64,000 nt of DNA, from assembly GCA_044228125.1 (NCBI GenBank), contig JBGAVM010000009.1:23020-87019 (forward strand), written 5' to 3'. Both the position numbers and the translations under genes were made by a program. How positions within the stretch are numbered: the first letter of the stretch is position 1; the number at the start of each line of letters is the position of its first letter. Below the pieces are notes generated by a model that was not told the DNA's origin, did not search any database, and saw only the letters and a list, made by a program, of their open reading frames with translations. This stretch comes from Methylophilus sp. Lineage in GTDB: Bacteria; Pseudomonadota; Gammaproteobacteria; Burkholderiales; Methylophilaceae. Of the stretch, positions 36,267 through 46,570 are shown in pieces.

Positions 36267-37574
36267 TTGAGACTGATTCCCCGCACGCTGCTCTCCCGCC
36301 TGCTGCTGCTGATAGCCTTGCTGTTGGCGGTTTCTATCTACGCCTCGCTCAAGATATTTGACTATTACGAACGCGGCCCGCGGGCGGCCACAGCCGCACT
36401 GCAGGCAGTCACCATCGTCAACTACACGCGCGCTTCGCTTATCGCGGCACACGAAAATCGCCGCCTCGCATTGCTTTCCGAACTCTCCGGCCGCGAAGGC
36501 GTACGCGTATATTCCGCCGATTTTCTGGAAGATATCGAACCGCTGCCCAACGATCCTTTCATCCAGCTCATTGCCGAAAAGATTCGCGGCAAACTCGGGG
36601 AAGAAACCATTATCACGGTCAACCATTATGGCATTCCCGGCCTGTGGATCAGCTTTAACGTAGATCAGGACGATTTCTGGGTCGTCATCCCCAAAATCCA
36701 GGTGGACCGCCCTTTCCCTTGGCATTGGCTGGGCTGGGCTGCTGTGGTAGCGCTGCTCTCGCTGCTGGGCGCCTACATCATCGCCTCGCGCATCAGCCGC
36801 CCGCTCAACATGCTGGTGCAGGCTGCCAACCGCATTCGCCACGGAGAGCCTGCCCCCAGGCTGCCGGAAGACAGTGTGGACGAGCTGCGCGAGGTAAACC
36901 AAACCTTCAACAGCATGACCGAATCGCTGGCGCGGCTGGATAGCGAGCGCACGCTGCTGCTGGCCGGCGTCTCGCACGACATCCGCACCCCTCTGGCGCG
37001 TCTGCGTCTGGCAGTGGAATTGCTGCCGGAAAACTGCGAAAGCATGAAAGGCGGCATGATCGAAGATATTACCGACATGGACAACATCATCCACCAGTTC
37101 CTGGATTTCGTGCGCGGCGTGGAAGGCGAACCGACACGCATGATGGACATCAACGACCTGCTGAAAGCACTGGCAGAACGTCAGGCACGCGCCGGACGTG
37201 ATCTGAAGCTGAAACTCACCAGCACCTACATGATTCCGATCCGCCCACTGGCCATGCAGCGCCTGCTGGACAACCTGGTGAACAATGCCTACAACTATGC
37301 CAAAGGCAAAGTGGAAGTAGAAAGCAGAATCACCGCCAACAAAATTATCATCAGCGTATTGGATAACGGTCCGGGCATCCCGCCTGAGCATGCCGAGCGA
37401 TTATTAAGACCGTTTGAGCGCATGGACAGCGCCCGGAATAAAAACGAAGGTGGTAGCGGTCTGGGGCTAGCCATCTGCGCGCGTATCGCCAAGCTGCACC
37501 GTGGCTCGCTAGAGCTCATCAACCGCCCACAAGGCGGGCTGGAAGCGCGTGTCAGCCTGCCGATTCAGGCTTGA
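36267..37574 (+). CDS. EnvZ/RisS-like sensor histidine kinase
   Basis: Two TM helices, HAMP domain, SHDIRTPL, NLVNNA, DNGPG and GSGLGL motifs; start approximate. Confidence 0.9.
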   Translation: MRLIPRTLLSRLLLLIALLLAVSIYASLKIFDYYERGPRAATAALQAVTIVNYTRASLIAAHENRRLALLSELSGREGVRVYSADFLEDIEPLPNDPFIQLIAEKIRGKLGEETIITVNHYGIPGLWISFNVDQDDFWVVIPKIQVDRPFPWHWLGWAAVVALLSLLGAYIIASRISRPLNMLVQAANRIRHGEPAPRLPEDSVDELREVNQTFNSMTESLARLDSERTLLLAGVSHDIRTPLARLRLAVELLPENCESMKGGMIEDITDMDNIIHQFLDFVRGVEGEPTRMMDINDLLKALAERQARAGRDLKLKLTSTYMIPIRPLAMQRLLDNLVNNAYNYAKGKVEVESRITANKIIISVLDNGPGIPPEHAERLLRPFERMDSARNKNEGGSGLGLAICARIAKLHRGSLELINRPQGGLEARVSLPIQA

Positions 37575-38946
37575 ACCAGTTTAAAGTCTCGCGCAGTTTC
37601 ACCACCTCGCCCACAATAATCAGGCTAGGCGGTTTCAATTCTGCAGCTTGCACCTTTTCCGCCAGATCGACCAGCGTTGCTGTAACCACGCGCTGATGCT
37701 GCGTGGTGCCTTGCTGCACCACGGCGGCGGGCGTGTCGGCAGGCACGCCGTGTTCTATCAGCTTTTCGCAAATTTGATTCAAACCGACCAAGCCCATGTA
37801 AATCACCACCGTCTGCTTGGGGCGCGCCATGGCTTGCCAATCCAGATCAACCGTACCATCGCGCAGATGGCCGGTAATGAACAGGCAAGCCTGCGCGTAA
37901 TCGCGGTGTGTGAGCGGAATGCCCGCATAGCTGGAAACGCCATTGGCGGCGGTGATGCCGGGCACGACTTGAAACGGCACGCCGTGCTGCATCAAGGTTT
38001 CAATCTCCTCGCCGCCGCGCCCGAAAATGAACGGGTCGCCACCTTTGAGACGCAGCACCCGCTTGCCTTCCAGCGCCAGCCTTGCCAAAAGTTCGTTGAT
38101 TTCCTCTTGCGGCATGGTGTGCTGGTCGCGCGCCTTACCCACATAAACCATTTCCGCATCGCGCCGCACTAAGGCCATCACTTCGGGCGAAACCAGTTTG
38201 TCATACACGCACACATCGCATTGCTGCATCAAGCGTAGCGCGCGGAAAGTGAGCAAATCCGGGTCGCCCGGCCCGCCGCCCACCAGATACACCTCGCCCT
38301 GATTCTTGGCGCTGTCCGCATCGTGAATCAAATCGTTCAACAGCTCGCGCGCGGCTTGCTCCTGGCCAGACAAAACTCTTTCTACCATCGGGCCTTGAAG
38401 GACATTCTCCCAAAAGATTCTGCGCGCCTGCGTGGTGGGAAACTTGGCTTTTACCGCATCGCGAAACTCGCCCGCAATCGCGGCAATGCGGCCATACGCC
38501 GCGGGCAGCATGGTCTCGATTTTGGTGCGGATATACCGCGCCAGCACCGGCGCATTGCCCTCGCTGGAAACCGCAATCACCACCGGGCTGCGGTCGATGA
38601 TGGAACCCATCGTAAACGTACACAGCTCCGGCGCATCCACCACATTCACGGGGATATTCGCCGCCTTGGCAGCTTGGGAAACCGCTTGGTTAACCGCATG
38701 GTCGTCCGTCGCCGCAATCACCAAGCACGCACCTTGTAACTGGTTCGCAGTAAAAGTTTGCGCGGTGTGGTTGATTTTCCCTTCGGCCAACAAAACCTGC
38801 AAGTCGTTGTGCAAATCGGGCGAAACCACTGTCACATCGCCCCGCGCCTTAAGCAAGGTGTGGACTTTGCGCAGCGCGACCTCACCGCCACCAATGACCA
38901 CACATGGCCGATGCGCGATATTGAAAAAAATGGGAAGTGACTGCAT
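37552..38946 (-). CDS. cysG: Siroheme synthase
   Basis: LPIFF..VIGGGEVA dehydrogenase domain plus GGGPGDPDLLT / RLKGGDPFIFGRGGEE methyltransferase domain. Confidence 0.95.
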   Translation of the reverse strand: MQSLPIFFNIAHRPCVVIGGGEVALRKVHTLLKARGDVTVVSPDLHNDLQVLLAEGKINHTAQTFTANQLQGACLVIAATDDHAVNQAVSQAAKAANIPVNVVDAPELCTFTMGSIIDRSPVVIAVSSEGNAPVLARYIRTKIETMLPAAYGRIAAIAGEFRDAVKAKFPTTQARRIFWENVLQGPMVERVLSGQEQAARELLNDLIHDADSAKNQGEVYLVGGGPGDPDLLTFRALRLMQQCDVCVYDKLVSPEVMALVRRDAEMVYVGKARDQHTMPQEEINELLARLALEGKRVLRLKGGDPFIFGRGGEEIETLMQHGVPFQVVPGITAANGVSSYAGIPLTHRDYAQACLFITGHLRDGTVDLDWQAMARPKQTVVIYMGLVGLNQICEKLIEHGVPADTPAAVVQQGTTQHQRVVTATLVDLAEKVQAAELKPPSLIIVGEVVKLRETLNWFKPESAG

Positions 38947-39033
38947 ATCTGCCTTTAAACCGGAAACACCGCATTTTACCTTGCGCATGGGCAAATGCGC
39001 TAAAATTACATTTTTGAAAATTTTGACAAGCAA

Positions 39034-40359
39034 TTGAGCAAAAAAGTCTTTATCAAAACCTTTGGCTGCCAGATGAACGAATACGATTCATCGCGCATGG
39101 CCGATTTGCTGGGCGCGACGGAAGGCGTGGTGGAAACCACCGAGCCGGACGAGGCCGACATTATCCTGCTTAACACCTGCTCTATCCGCGAGAAGGCGGA
39201 GGACAAGGTGTTTAGCGATTTGGGGCGCTACATTCCGCTTAAGGAAAAAAATCCCAATCTGGTGATTGGCGTGGGCGGCTGCGTGGCGAGTCAGGAGGGT
39301 GAGAATATCCTGAAACGCGCGCCGTTTGTGGATGTGGTGTTTGGCCCGCAAACACTGCACCGCTTGCCCGATTTGATTAAAGCCAAGCAGGCCGAGAACA
39401 AGCCGCAGGTGGATATTCGCTTTCCGGAAATCGAAAAATTCGACCACTTGCCGCCACCGCGCGTGGAAGGTGCGACCGCTTTCCTAAGCATCATGGAAGG
39501 CTGCAGCAAATATTGCACCTTCTGCGTGGTGCCTTACACCCGTGGCGAGGAAGTCTCGCGCCCGTTCGAGGACATTTTGACCGAAGCCGTGCAATTGGCC
39601 GAACAAGGTGTGAAAGAAATCACGGTACTTGGCCAAAACGTAAACGCCTACAAGGCCGAATACCACGGCGTGGAAGCCGATTTGGCGATGGTGATTGAAA
39701 CGATTGCGGAAATCCCGCAGATCGAGCGCATCCGCTACACCACCAGTCACCCAAACGAGATGACCGACAGGCTGATTGCCGCGCACGCCAATGTACCAAA
39801 ACTGGCCAATTACCTGCACTTGCCTGTGCAGGCAGGCAGCGACCGCATTTTGATGGCGATGAAACGCAACTACACCGCGCTGCAATACAAGGCAATTATC
39901 CGCAAACTGCGCGCGGCCAACCCCAATATCAGCATTGCGACGGATTTAATCGTTGGCTTTCCCGGCGAGACGGAAAAAGACTTTCAGGCCACGCTCAAGT
40001 TGATGCGCGACGCGGGTTTTGATTACAGCTTCAGCTTTCTTTACAGCGCGCGCCCCGGCACGCCTGCCAGCTATCTGCCCGATGAAACGCCGCACGAAGC
40101 CAAATCCGCCTGGCTGAAACAACTGCAAACCGAGAACGAAGAATACGGCCACAACTTAAGCCGCGCCATGCTGGGCACCACCCAGCGCGTGCTGATTGAA
40201 GGCGTATCGTGGAAACACGAAAATCTGCTGGCGGGCAAAACCGACAACCTGCGCGTGGTGGATGTGGAAGGCGACAAATCGCTGATTAACACTTTCGTCA
40301 ACGTAAAAATCACGGATGCCAGCAACCAAAAACGGCTAAAAGGTGAAATAATCGTTTAA
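39034..40359 (+). CDS. miaB: tRNA methylthiotransferase MiaB
   Basis: [18 protein letters not shown] and CSKYCTFC motifs; TRAM domain. Confidence 0.96.
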   Translation: MSKKVFIKTFGCQMNEYDSSRMADLLGATEGVVETTEPDEADIILLNTCSIREKAEDKVFSDLGRYIPLKEKNPNLVIGVGGCVASQEGENILKRAPFVDVVFGPQTLHRLPDLIKAKQAENKPQVDIRFPEIEKFDHLPPPRVEGATAFLSIMEGCSKYCTFCVVPYTRGEEVSRPFEDILTEAVQLAEQGVKEITVLGQNVNAYKAEYHGVEADLAMVIETIAEIPQIERIRYTTSHPNEMTDRLIAAHANVPKLANYLHLPVQAGSDRILMAMKRNYTALQYKAIIRKLRAANPNISIATDLIVGFPGETEKDFQATLKLMRDAGFDYSFSFLYSARPGTPASYLPDETPHEAKSAWLKQLQTENEEYGHNLSRAMLGTTQRVLIEGVSWKHENLLAGKTDNLRVVDVEGDKSLINTFVNVKITDASNQKRLKGEIIV

Positions 40360-41294
40360 TGGAACTCAACTTACATCCCGAAGACAATACGCTGCTGGCC
40401 AACCTGTGCGGCCCGCTGGACGAGAATTTGAAGCAAATCGAGCAGGCGCTGGAGGTCAACATCAATCGCCGCGGCAGCCAGTTTCATATCTCCGGAAACC
40501 TAGATAACACGCGGCTTGCAGGGCAGTTAATCGAGAACTTTTACCTGCGCGCCCGCAAGCCAATTGAGCTGGAAGACATTCAGCTAGGTTTGGTGGAAAT
40601 CAATAAGCTCAAGCCGGAAGAAATTACCAGCGCGATGCCGGTGCTGATGACGCGCCGGGGCGATTTGCATGGCCGCACGCCGCGCCAGGTGGAATATCTG
40701 CAGCAGATTCAGGCGCACGACATAACCTTTGGCATCGGCCCGGCGGGCACCGGTAAAACCTATTTGGCCGTTGCCAGTGCGGTAGACGCCATGACGCGCG
40801 ATCGTGTGAAACGGATTGTGCTGGTGCGCCCGGCGGTAGAAGCTGGCGAGCGGCTGGGCTTTTTGCCTGGCGATTTAAGCCAGAAAGTGGATCCTTATCT
40901 GCGCCCGCTTTATGACGCGCTGTATGATTTGGCGGGTTACGACAGCGTGAACAAGATGTTCGAGCGCGGCGCGATTGAAGTCGCCCCGCTGGCCTACATG
41001 CGCGGCAGAACGCTCAATCAGAGCTTCATCATCCTCGACGAGGCGCAGAACACCACGCCCGAACAGATGAAAATGTTCCTGACCCGTATCGGCTTTGGCA
41101 CCAAGGCCGTCATCACGGGTGATGTGACGCAGATCGACTTGCAGCGCGGCCAGAAAAGCGGCCTGGTAGAAGCCCAGAAGATATTGAAGAAAGTAAAAGG
41201 TATCGCCTTCACGCAGTTCTCATCGCAAGATGTAGTGCGCCACCCTCTGGTGCAGAAAATCATCAACGCATATGAAGAATATCAAGGCGATTAG
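40359..41294 (+). CDS. phoH: PhoH-like ATPase (YbeZ)
   Basis: GPAGTGKT, RPAVEAGE.LGFLPG and DEAQN motifs. Confidence 0.95.
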   Translation: MELNLHPEDNTLLANLCGPLDENLKQIEQALEVNINRRGSQFHISGNLDNTRLAGQLIENFYLRARKPIELEDIQLGLVEINKLKPEEITSAMPVLMTRRGDLHGRTPRQVEYLQQIQAHDITFGIGPAGTGKTYLAVASAVDAMTRDRVKRIVLVRPAVEAGERLGFLPGDLSQKVDPYLRPLYDALYDLAGYDSVNKMFERGAIEVAPLAYMRGRTLNQSFIILDEAQNTTPEQMKMFLTRIGFGTKAVITGDVTQIDLQRGQKSGLVEAQKILKKVKGIAFTQFSSQDVVRHPLVQKIINAYEEYQGD

Positions 41295-41329
41295 TTCGAA
41301 TCGCAGGCAATAAACAATAAGGAGCTAAG

Positions 41330-41695
41330 ATGCCACTAGTCAACATTTCTATCTTAAAAGGCAAATCACCTGAATATATCAAGGCTGTAGCTGACAGTAT
41401 TAACTCTGCTGTGATTGAAACAATGGGGTTCCCCGAGGATGACCGCTATCAAATCATTCACCAACTAGACCCAAATTGCCTCGAACTGCAAAATCGCGAG
41501 GGCGATAAAGTAATTGTGCATTTGGTAATGCGTGCAGGTCGGTCCAACAAATCCAAGCTCGCATTTTATAAAAAAGTGGTTGAAAGCCTATCCATAAACC
41601 CTGGCATACCACCAGCCAACATTCTCATTACCATCACGGAGAATCATGATATAGATTGGTCATTCCGTGATGGAATAGCGCAGTTCGTAGCATAA
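41330..41695 (+). CDS. Tautomerase-family protein
   Basis: Catalytic Pro1 (MPLVNIS), DRYQI, GRS and DWSF.DG motifs; AT-richer than neighbours. Confidence 0.85.
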   Translation: MPLVNISILKGKSPEYIKAVADSINSAVIETMGFPEDDRYQIIHQLDPNCLELQNREGDKVIVHLVMRAGRSNKSKLAFYKKVVESLSINPGIPPANILITITENHDIDWSFRDGIAQFVA

Positions 41696-41700
41696 CCCCT

Positions 41701-42135
41701 ATGCCACAACTGAAGCTTTCCATCCAGCGCGCCACCAAACGGAAAACGCCTTCCCGCAGCCAGTTCTTGCGTTGGGTGAAAGCCGCTTTGAATGTGGATA
41801 CCGAGGTGACGATACGCATCGTCAGCGCCAACGAAGGGCGCGCACTGAACGCGGCATATCGCAACAAAGATTACGCGACGAATGTGCTGACTTTTCCTCT
41901 GACCGAAGAGCCGCATCTGATGGGCGATATTGTGCTGTGCGCGCCAGTGGTGGAGAAGGAAGCCAAGGAGCAAGGCAAGGATTTGATGGCGCATTATGCC
42001 CATATGACCGTGCATGGCGTCCTGCATTTGCATGGCTATGACCATGAGACCGAAGCGCAGGCCGAGCTGATGGAAGCGCTGGAAGTTCAAATTCTGGCCA
42101 AATTAGGGTATGCTAATCCCTATCTCATTACATAG
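41701..42135 (+). CDS. ybeY: rRNA maturation endoribonuclease YbeY
   Basis: TNVLTF and HGVLHLHGYDH motifs. Confidence 0.95.
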   Translation: MPQLKLSIQRATKRKTPSRSQFLRWVKAALNVDTEVTIRIVSANEGRALNAAYRNKDYATNVLTFPLTEEPHLMGDIVLCAPVVEKEAKEQGKDLMAHYAHMTVHGVLHLHGYDHETEAQAELMEALEVQILAKLGYANPYLIT

Positions 42136-42144
42136 GACGCCTTA

Positions 42145-43005
42145 ATGGCTTCTGACCCGGAAAAGCCGAATAATAAACCCGGCTTGCTAGAACGACTAAG
42201 CAACTTCCTGTTGCGCGAACCCGAAGACCGCGAACAGCTGGTCACCCTGCTACACAGCGCCTACGAAAACCACCTGATGGATGCAGACTCCCTCGCTATG
42301 ATCGAGGGTGTACTGCAAGTGAGCGAGATGCAGGTGCGCGATATCATGATTCCCCGCTCGCAAATGGATGTGATTGACATTTCCGAACCGCCAGAAGTGT
42401 TTATCCCCCGCGTCATCGAAACGGCGCACAGCCGCTTCCCTGTTATCGAAGACAACAAGAACGATGTGATTGGCATCCTGCTCGCCAAGGATTTGCTGCG
42501 TTATTACGCCGGTGAGGATTTTGAAGTGCGCGACATGTTGCGCCCTGCAGTGTTTATTCCGGAATCCAAGCGCCTGAACGTGCTGCTAAAGGATTTCCGC
42601 AGCAACCGCAACCACATCGCCATCGTGGTGGATGAATATGGTGGCGTGGCCGGCATGGTGACCATTGAAGACGTGCTGGAGCAGATTGTCGGCGACATCG
42701 AGGACGAATACGACTACGACGAGGATGAGGACAATATCATCCGCGATGAGGAAGGCCGCTACCGCGTGAAAGCGCTGACCGAGATTGCCGATTTTAACGA
42801 GGCCTTGGGTACCGCTTTCAGTGATGAGGAGTTCTCCACCATCGGCGGGCTTGTGGTAAACCGGTTCGGCCATTTGCCCAAGCGCGGTGACGAGGTCGTG
42901 ATCGACAATCTCTATGTAAAAGTAGTGCGCGCCGATAGCAGGCGCTTACATTCCATCCTGGTAGAAAAACTGCCGGAAGAGCCTTACCCAATCGAATCTG
43001 TGTAG
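42145..43005 (+). CDS. corC: Mg/Co transport-associated CBS protein CorC/YbeX
   Basis: [14 protein letters not shown] and VVDEYGG..G.VTIED motifs. Confidence 0.93.
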   Translation: MASDPEKPNNKPGLLERLSNFLLREPEDREQLVTLLHSAYENHLMDADSLAMIEGVLQVSEMQVRDIMIPRSQMDVIDISEPPEVFIPRVIETAHSRFPVIEDNKNDVIGILLAKDLLRYYAGEDFEVRDMLRPAVFIPESKRLNVLLKDFRSNRNHIAIVVDEYGGVAGMVTIEDVLEQIVGDIEDEYDYDEDEDNIIRDEEGRYRVKALTEIADFNEALGTAFSDEEFSTIGGLVVNRFGHLPKRGDEVVIDNLYVKVVRADSRRLHSILVEKLPEEPYPIESV

Positions 43006-43060
43006 TATTGAACCAAACCCGGTTGCGCAAGCTCATACGTTGACAACACAGGAGCGCGAT

Positions 43061-43498
43061 ATGAAAACGACATTGACCGGTATACTGTTAAGCCTCAGTC
43101 TGGTTCACGCTTACGCCCAGGCTGACGAAGAAGTCCAGACGTTTGCCCTGAAAGACATTCCTACCGAAGAAAATGCCTTTGTGGATAGCATCCACCGCTA
43201 CACCAAGGCGCAGATTGTGGAACTGCTGGGTGAGCCAGCCAAAGCGGACGATGTGAAGCTGAAAGACAGTGGCCGCGTGGTGGCTTCCATCTGGCATTAT
43301 CACAATATCAACACCGATGTGAATGGTACCTACTACCCGACCACTGAACTGGATTTTATTGATGACAAAGTTGTAATGGTGGTGTTTCTAAATAACGATG
43401 GCTCGGAATCACAAACTTCTCAACAACCGCATGAATCGTTACCTCCAGAGCTCTTTGAAGGCGACGGTTCTGTCGAACGGATAGAACCACGCATCTAA
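43061..43498 (+). CDS. Exported hypothetical protein
   Basis: Signal peptide; TKAQIVELLGEP (SmpA/BamE-like motif); GGAG RBS. Confidence 0.7.
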   Translation: MKTTLTGILLSLSLVHAYAQADEEVQTFALKDIPTEENAFVDSIHRYTKAQIVELLGEPAKADDVKLKDSGRVVASIWHYHNINTDVNGTYYPTTELDFIDDKVVMVVFLNNDGSESQTSQQPHESLPPELFEGDGSVERIEPRI

Positions 43499-43504
43499 TA
43501 CAGC

Positions 43505-43541
43505 AAAACAAAAAGGGCGTTAAAAACGCCCTTTTTGTTTT
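43505..43541. terminator. Bidirectional terminator
   Basis: AAAACAAAAAGGGCGT-TAAAA-ACGCCCTTTTTGTTTT between convergent genes. Confidence 0.85.
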
Positions 43542-43552
43542 ATATCAATCGC

Positions 43553-43966
43553 TTATTTTTTCAGCGCATCACGAATTTCACGCAACAGCACGACATCTTC
43601 CGGTGTTGGTGGTAGCGGTGCTGGTGGTTCGGCTTTTTTCATGCGGTTCATCATTTTTACTAATTGGAAAATCACAAATGCCAAGATAATAAAATTGATT
43701 GTAATCGTCAAAAAGTTACCGTAGGCTAATACAGAACCTGCTTTTTTAGCCTCTGCCAAAGGCAATCCTGCTGCTTGCCCGCTCAATGCAACGTACATAT
43801 TTGAGAAATCAACGTTGCCGATAATTTTACCAACAACTGGCATGATGACATCGCCTACCAAGGAATCCACGATCTTGCCAAATGCACCGCCGATAATCAC
43901 ACCCACGGCCAAGTCCATCACATTGCCTTTTAGGGCAAACTCTTTAAACTCTGACATCATACTCAT
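43553..43966 (-). CDS. mscL: Large-conductance mechanosensitive channel
   Basis: [24 protein letters not shown] and LLREIRDAL motifs. Confidence 0.96.
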   Translation of the reverse strand: MSMMSEFKEFALKGNVMDLAVGVIIGGAFGKIVDSLVGDVIMPVVGKIIGNVDFSNMYVALSGQAAGLPLAEAKKAGSVLAYGNFLTITINFIILAFVIFQLVKMMNRMKKAEPPAPLPPTPEDVVLLREIRDALKK

Positions 43967-44082
43967 CACCAACTCTCCTCATATCTTATTAAAAAATTAT
44001 TCTGAAGCCTGTTGCAAACGCCATCTTTCACCATGCAGCATTGATTGTCAACACCTGACACTAGCATGATAAACAGGCTAAA

Positions 44083-45588
44083 ATGCATGCCGTGTCCTGG
44101 ATAACTACCTTATTTTCAGCAAAATCGCCTCCATATTTGCTCGCCATTGCGCTCGGCGCAACGGCAGTATTGGGTTTTGCGCCGTTTTACCTGTTCCCGT
44201 TGCCGATACTCGCCTTGATTGGCCTGTTCGTGCTCTGGCACAAAACTAACAGCCCGAAAGCCGCATTCAAACTGGGGTTTGCGTATGGTCTGGGCCTGTA
44301 TATTGTCGGCATTTACTGGATCTACATCAGCCTGCATGATTACGGCGGCATGCCTTGGTGGTTCGCCGGGTTCTGCACCTTCTGCCTGTGTGCTTTTATG
44401 GCGTTGTTTCCCGCACTGGTTGGATATTTCAGCAAAAGAGCCGGCATGCTATGGCTCAGCGCACCGGTGCTGTGGGGCGTTTCCGACTGGGTGCGCAGCT
44501 GGATATTCACCGGTTTTCCCTGGCTGACGTTAGGCTATTCGCAAGTACCGCACAGCCCGCTGGCCGGTTTTGCACCAGTCGTCGGCATCTATGGTGTATC
44601 CATCCTCAGTGCATTCATCGCGACTTTGATCGCAGCTTGGGTCACCAAGCCCAACGTTGCTTACAAACGCAACAGCATCGCTGTCATCACGCTGTTGCTG
44701 GTAATCGGTTACGTGCTAAAAGCCATTGAATGGAGCACGCCGGTTGGCAAGCCGTTCCAAGTGGCTTTGTTGCAAGGCAATATCCCGCAAGACATCAAAT
44801 GGTCGCCGGAGAACGCCCAGCGCACGATAGACACCTACCTGAGCTTGACCCAGCAAAGCCAAGCGCCGCTGATCGTGCTGCCGGAAACCGCGCTACCAGT
44901 CATCGCCAGCCAGTTGGATGCCAGCATCAAGGATGCGCTGACCGCGCATGCCCAACAAAATGGCGGCGGTATTATCATGGGCATGGTGGAATACGACGAT
45001 GATACCAACGTCTACTACAATAGCGCGCTTAGTTTCGGCAGTTCTCACTTGCAAGTTTACCGCAAAAACCATTTGGTGCCGTTTGGTGAGTTTATCCCGT
45101 TAAAACAAATACTTGGATGGATCTATCGCGACTGGCTCAACATGCCGCTCAGTGATTTATCGCGCGGCGGCAAAATGCAAGCCAATATGAAAATCGCCGG
45201 GCAAGAAATCGCCATGAACATTTGCTACGAAGACGTATTTGGCGAGGAAATCGCGCGCAACAACAAAAACTCCACGCTCATGATTAACATCAGCAACGAT
45301 GCTTGGTACGGCCAATCCATCGCGGCGGATCAGCACCTGCAATTCAGCCAGGCGCGCGCGCTGGAGACTGGCCGCATGATGCTGCGCGCCACCAACACCG
45401 GCGCAACTGCGGCAGTTGATACGCACGGATATATACTTGCACACGCACCGCACGACACACAAACCACACTGAATGTCACCGCCCAAGGCTACACCGGCAC
45501 CACACCTTATGTGCGCTGGGGCAACTGGCCGTTCATTCTACTCAGCTTTGCGGCCATTGCTTTTGTGATAAGCCGCAAGACGCTATAG
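44083..45588 (+). CDS. lnt: Apolipoprotein N-acyltransferase
   Basis: TGFPW, QGNI, PETA, K.HLVPFGE, ICYED and NDAW motifs. Confidence 0.95.
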   Translation: MHAVSWITTLFSAKSPPYLLAIALGATAVLGFAPFYLFPLPILALIGLFVLWHKTNSPKAAFKLGFAYGLGLYIVGIYWIYISLHDYGGMPWWFAGFCTFCLCAFMALFPALVGYFSKRAGMLWLSAPVLWGVSDWVRSWIFTGFPWLTLGYSQVPHSPLAGFAPVVGIYGVSILSAFIATLIAAWVTKPNVAYKRNSIAVITLLLVIGYVLKAIEWSTPVGKPFQVALLQGNIPQDIKWSPENAQRTIDTYLSLTQQSQAPLIVLPETALPVIASQLDASIKDALTAHAQQNGGGIIMGMVEYDDDTNVYYNSALSFGSSHLQVYRKNHLVPFGEFIPLKQILGWIYRDWLNMPLSDLSRGGKMQANMKIAGQEIAMNICYEDVFGEEIARNNKNSTLMINISNDAWYGQSIAADQHLQFSQARALETGRMMLRATNTGATAAVDTHGYILAHAPHDTQTTLNVTAQGYTGTTPYVRWGNWPFILLSFAAIAFVISRKTL

Positions 45589-45643
45589 TTTGCTGATAAA
45601 ACAGGGTAAAATCAGCACTTTTGCAAAACCTTAAGCGAACCAA

Positions 45644-46570
45644 ATGCTGACGTTTCAACAGATTATTTTAAAACTCCAGGAATACTGGGACAAACAGGGT
45701 TGCGCCCTGCTACAACCCTACGATATGGAAGTCGGCGCTGGCACCAGCCACACCGCTACTTTTTTACGCGCATTGGGCCCAGAACCCTGGAAAGCGGCCT
45801 ACGTGCAACCAAGCCGCCGTCCGAAAGATGGCCGTTATGGCGAGAACCCTAACCGTTTGCAGCACTATTATCAATATCAGGTCGTGCTAAAACCCGCACC
45901 AGCTAACATTCTTGAGCTGTATCTCGGTTCACTGGAAGCCTTGGGCTTCGATTTAAAAAAGAACGACATCCGCTTTGTGGAAGACGACTGGGAAAACCCG
46001 ACGCTAGGCGCATGGGGCTTGGGCTGGGAGGTCTGGCTTAACGGCATGGAAGTCACGCAGTTCACCTACTTCCAGCAAGTCGGCGGCATCAACTGCAAAC
46101 CGATTACAGGCGAAATCACCTATGGCCTAGAACGTTTAGCGATGTACTTGCAAGGAGTCGAGAGCGTTTACGACTTACAGTATAGCGAGAATGTGAAATA
46201 CGGCGATGTATTCCACCAAAACGAGGTCGAGCAATCCACCTATAACTTCGAGTATTCCGATGCCGATTTCCTGTTTACCGCATTCGGTGCACACGAGAAA
46301 CAAGCCAAACATTTGATGGAAAACCAGCTCGCCCTACCTGCATACGAGCAAGTATTGAAAGCTGCGCACACCTTCAACCTGTTGGATGCACGTGGTGCGA
46401 TTTCCGTCACCGAGCGCGCCGCTTACATTGGTCGTATCCGCAATTTGGCGCGCTCTGTCGCAGCGAGCTATCTGGATAGCCGTGCCAGACTTGGCTTCCC
46501 AATGGCACCTAAAGAGTGGGCGGATGAAGTATTAGCGCAATTGGAACAGAACAAGAAAGCCGCAGCATGA
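45644..46570 (+). CDS. glyQ: Glycine-tRNA ligase alpha subunit
   Basis: [23 protein letters not shown] and [12 protein letters not shown] motifs. Confidence 0.97.
   Translation: MLTFQQIILKLQEYWDKQGCALLQPYDMEVGAGTSHTATFLRALGPEPWKAAYVQPSRRPKDGRYGENPNRLQHYYQYQVVLKPAPANILELYLGSLEALGFDLKKNDIRFVEDDWENPTLGAWGLGWEVWLNGMEVTQFTYFQQVGGINCKPITGEITYGLERLAMYLQGVESVYDLQYSENVKYGDVFHQNEVEQSTYNFEYSDADFLFTAFGAHEKQAKHLMENQLALPAYEQVLKAAHTFNLLDARGAISVTERAAYIGRIRNLARSVAASYLDSRARLGFPMAPKEWADEVLAQLEQNKKAAA

Noticed and set aside
36219-37391. 390-aa antisense ORF
   Set aside because: Shadow of the histidine kinase on the opposite strand, caused by GC-rich codon bias; no motifs.
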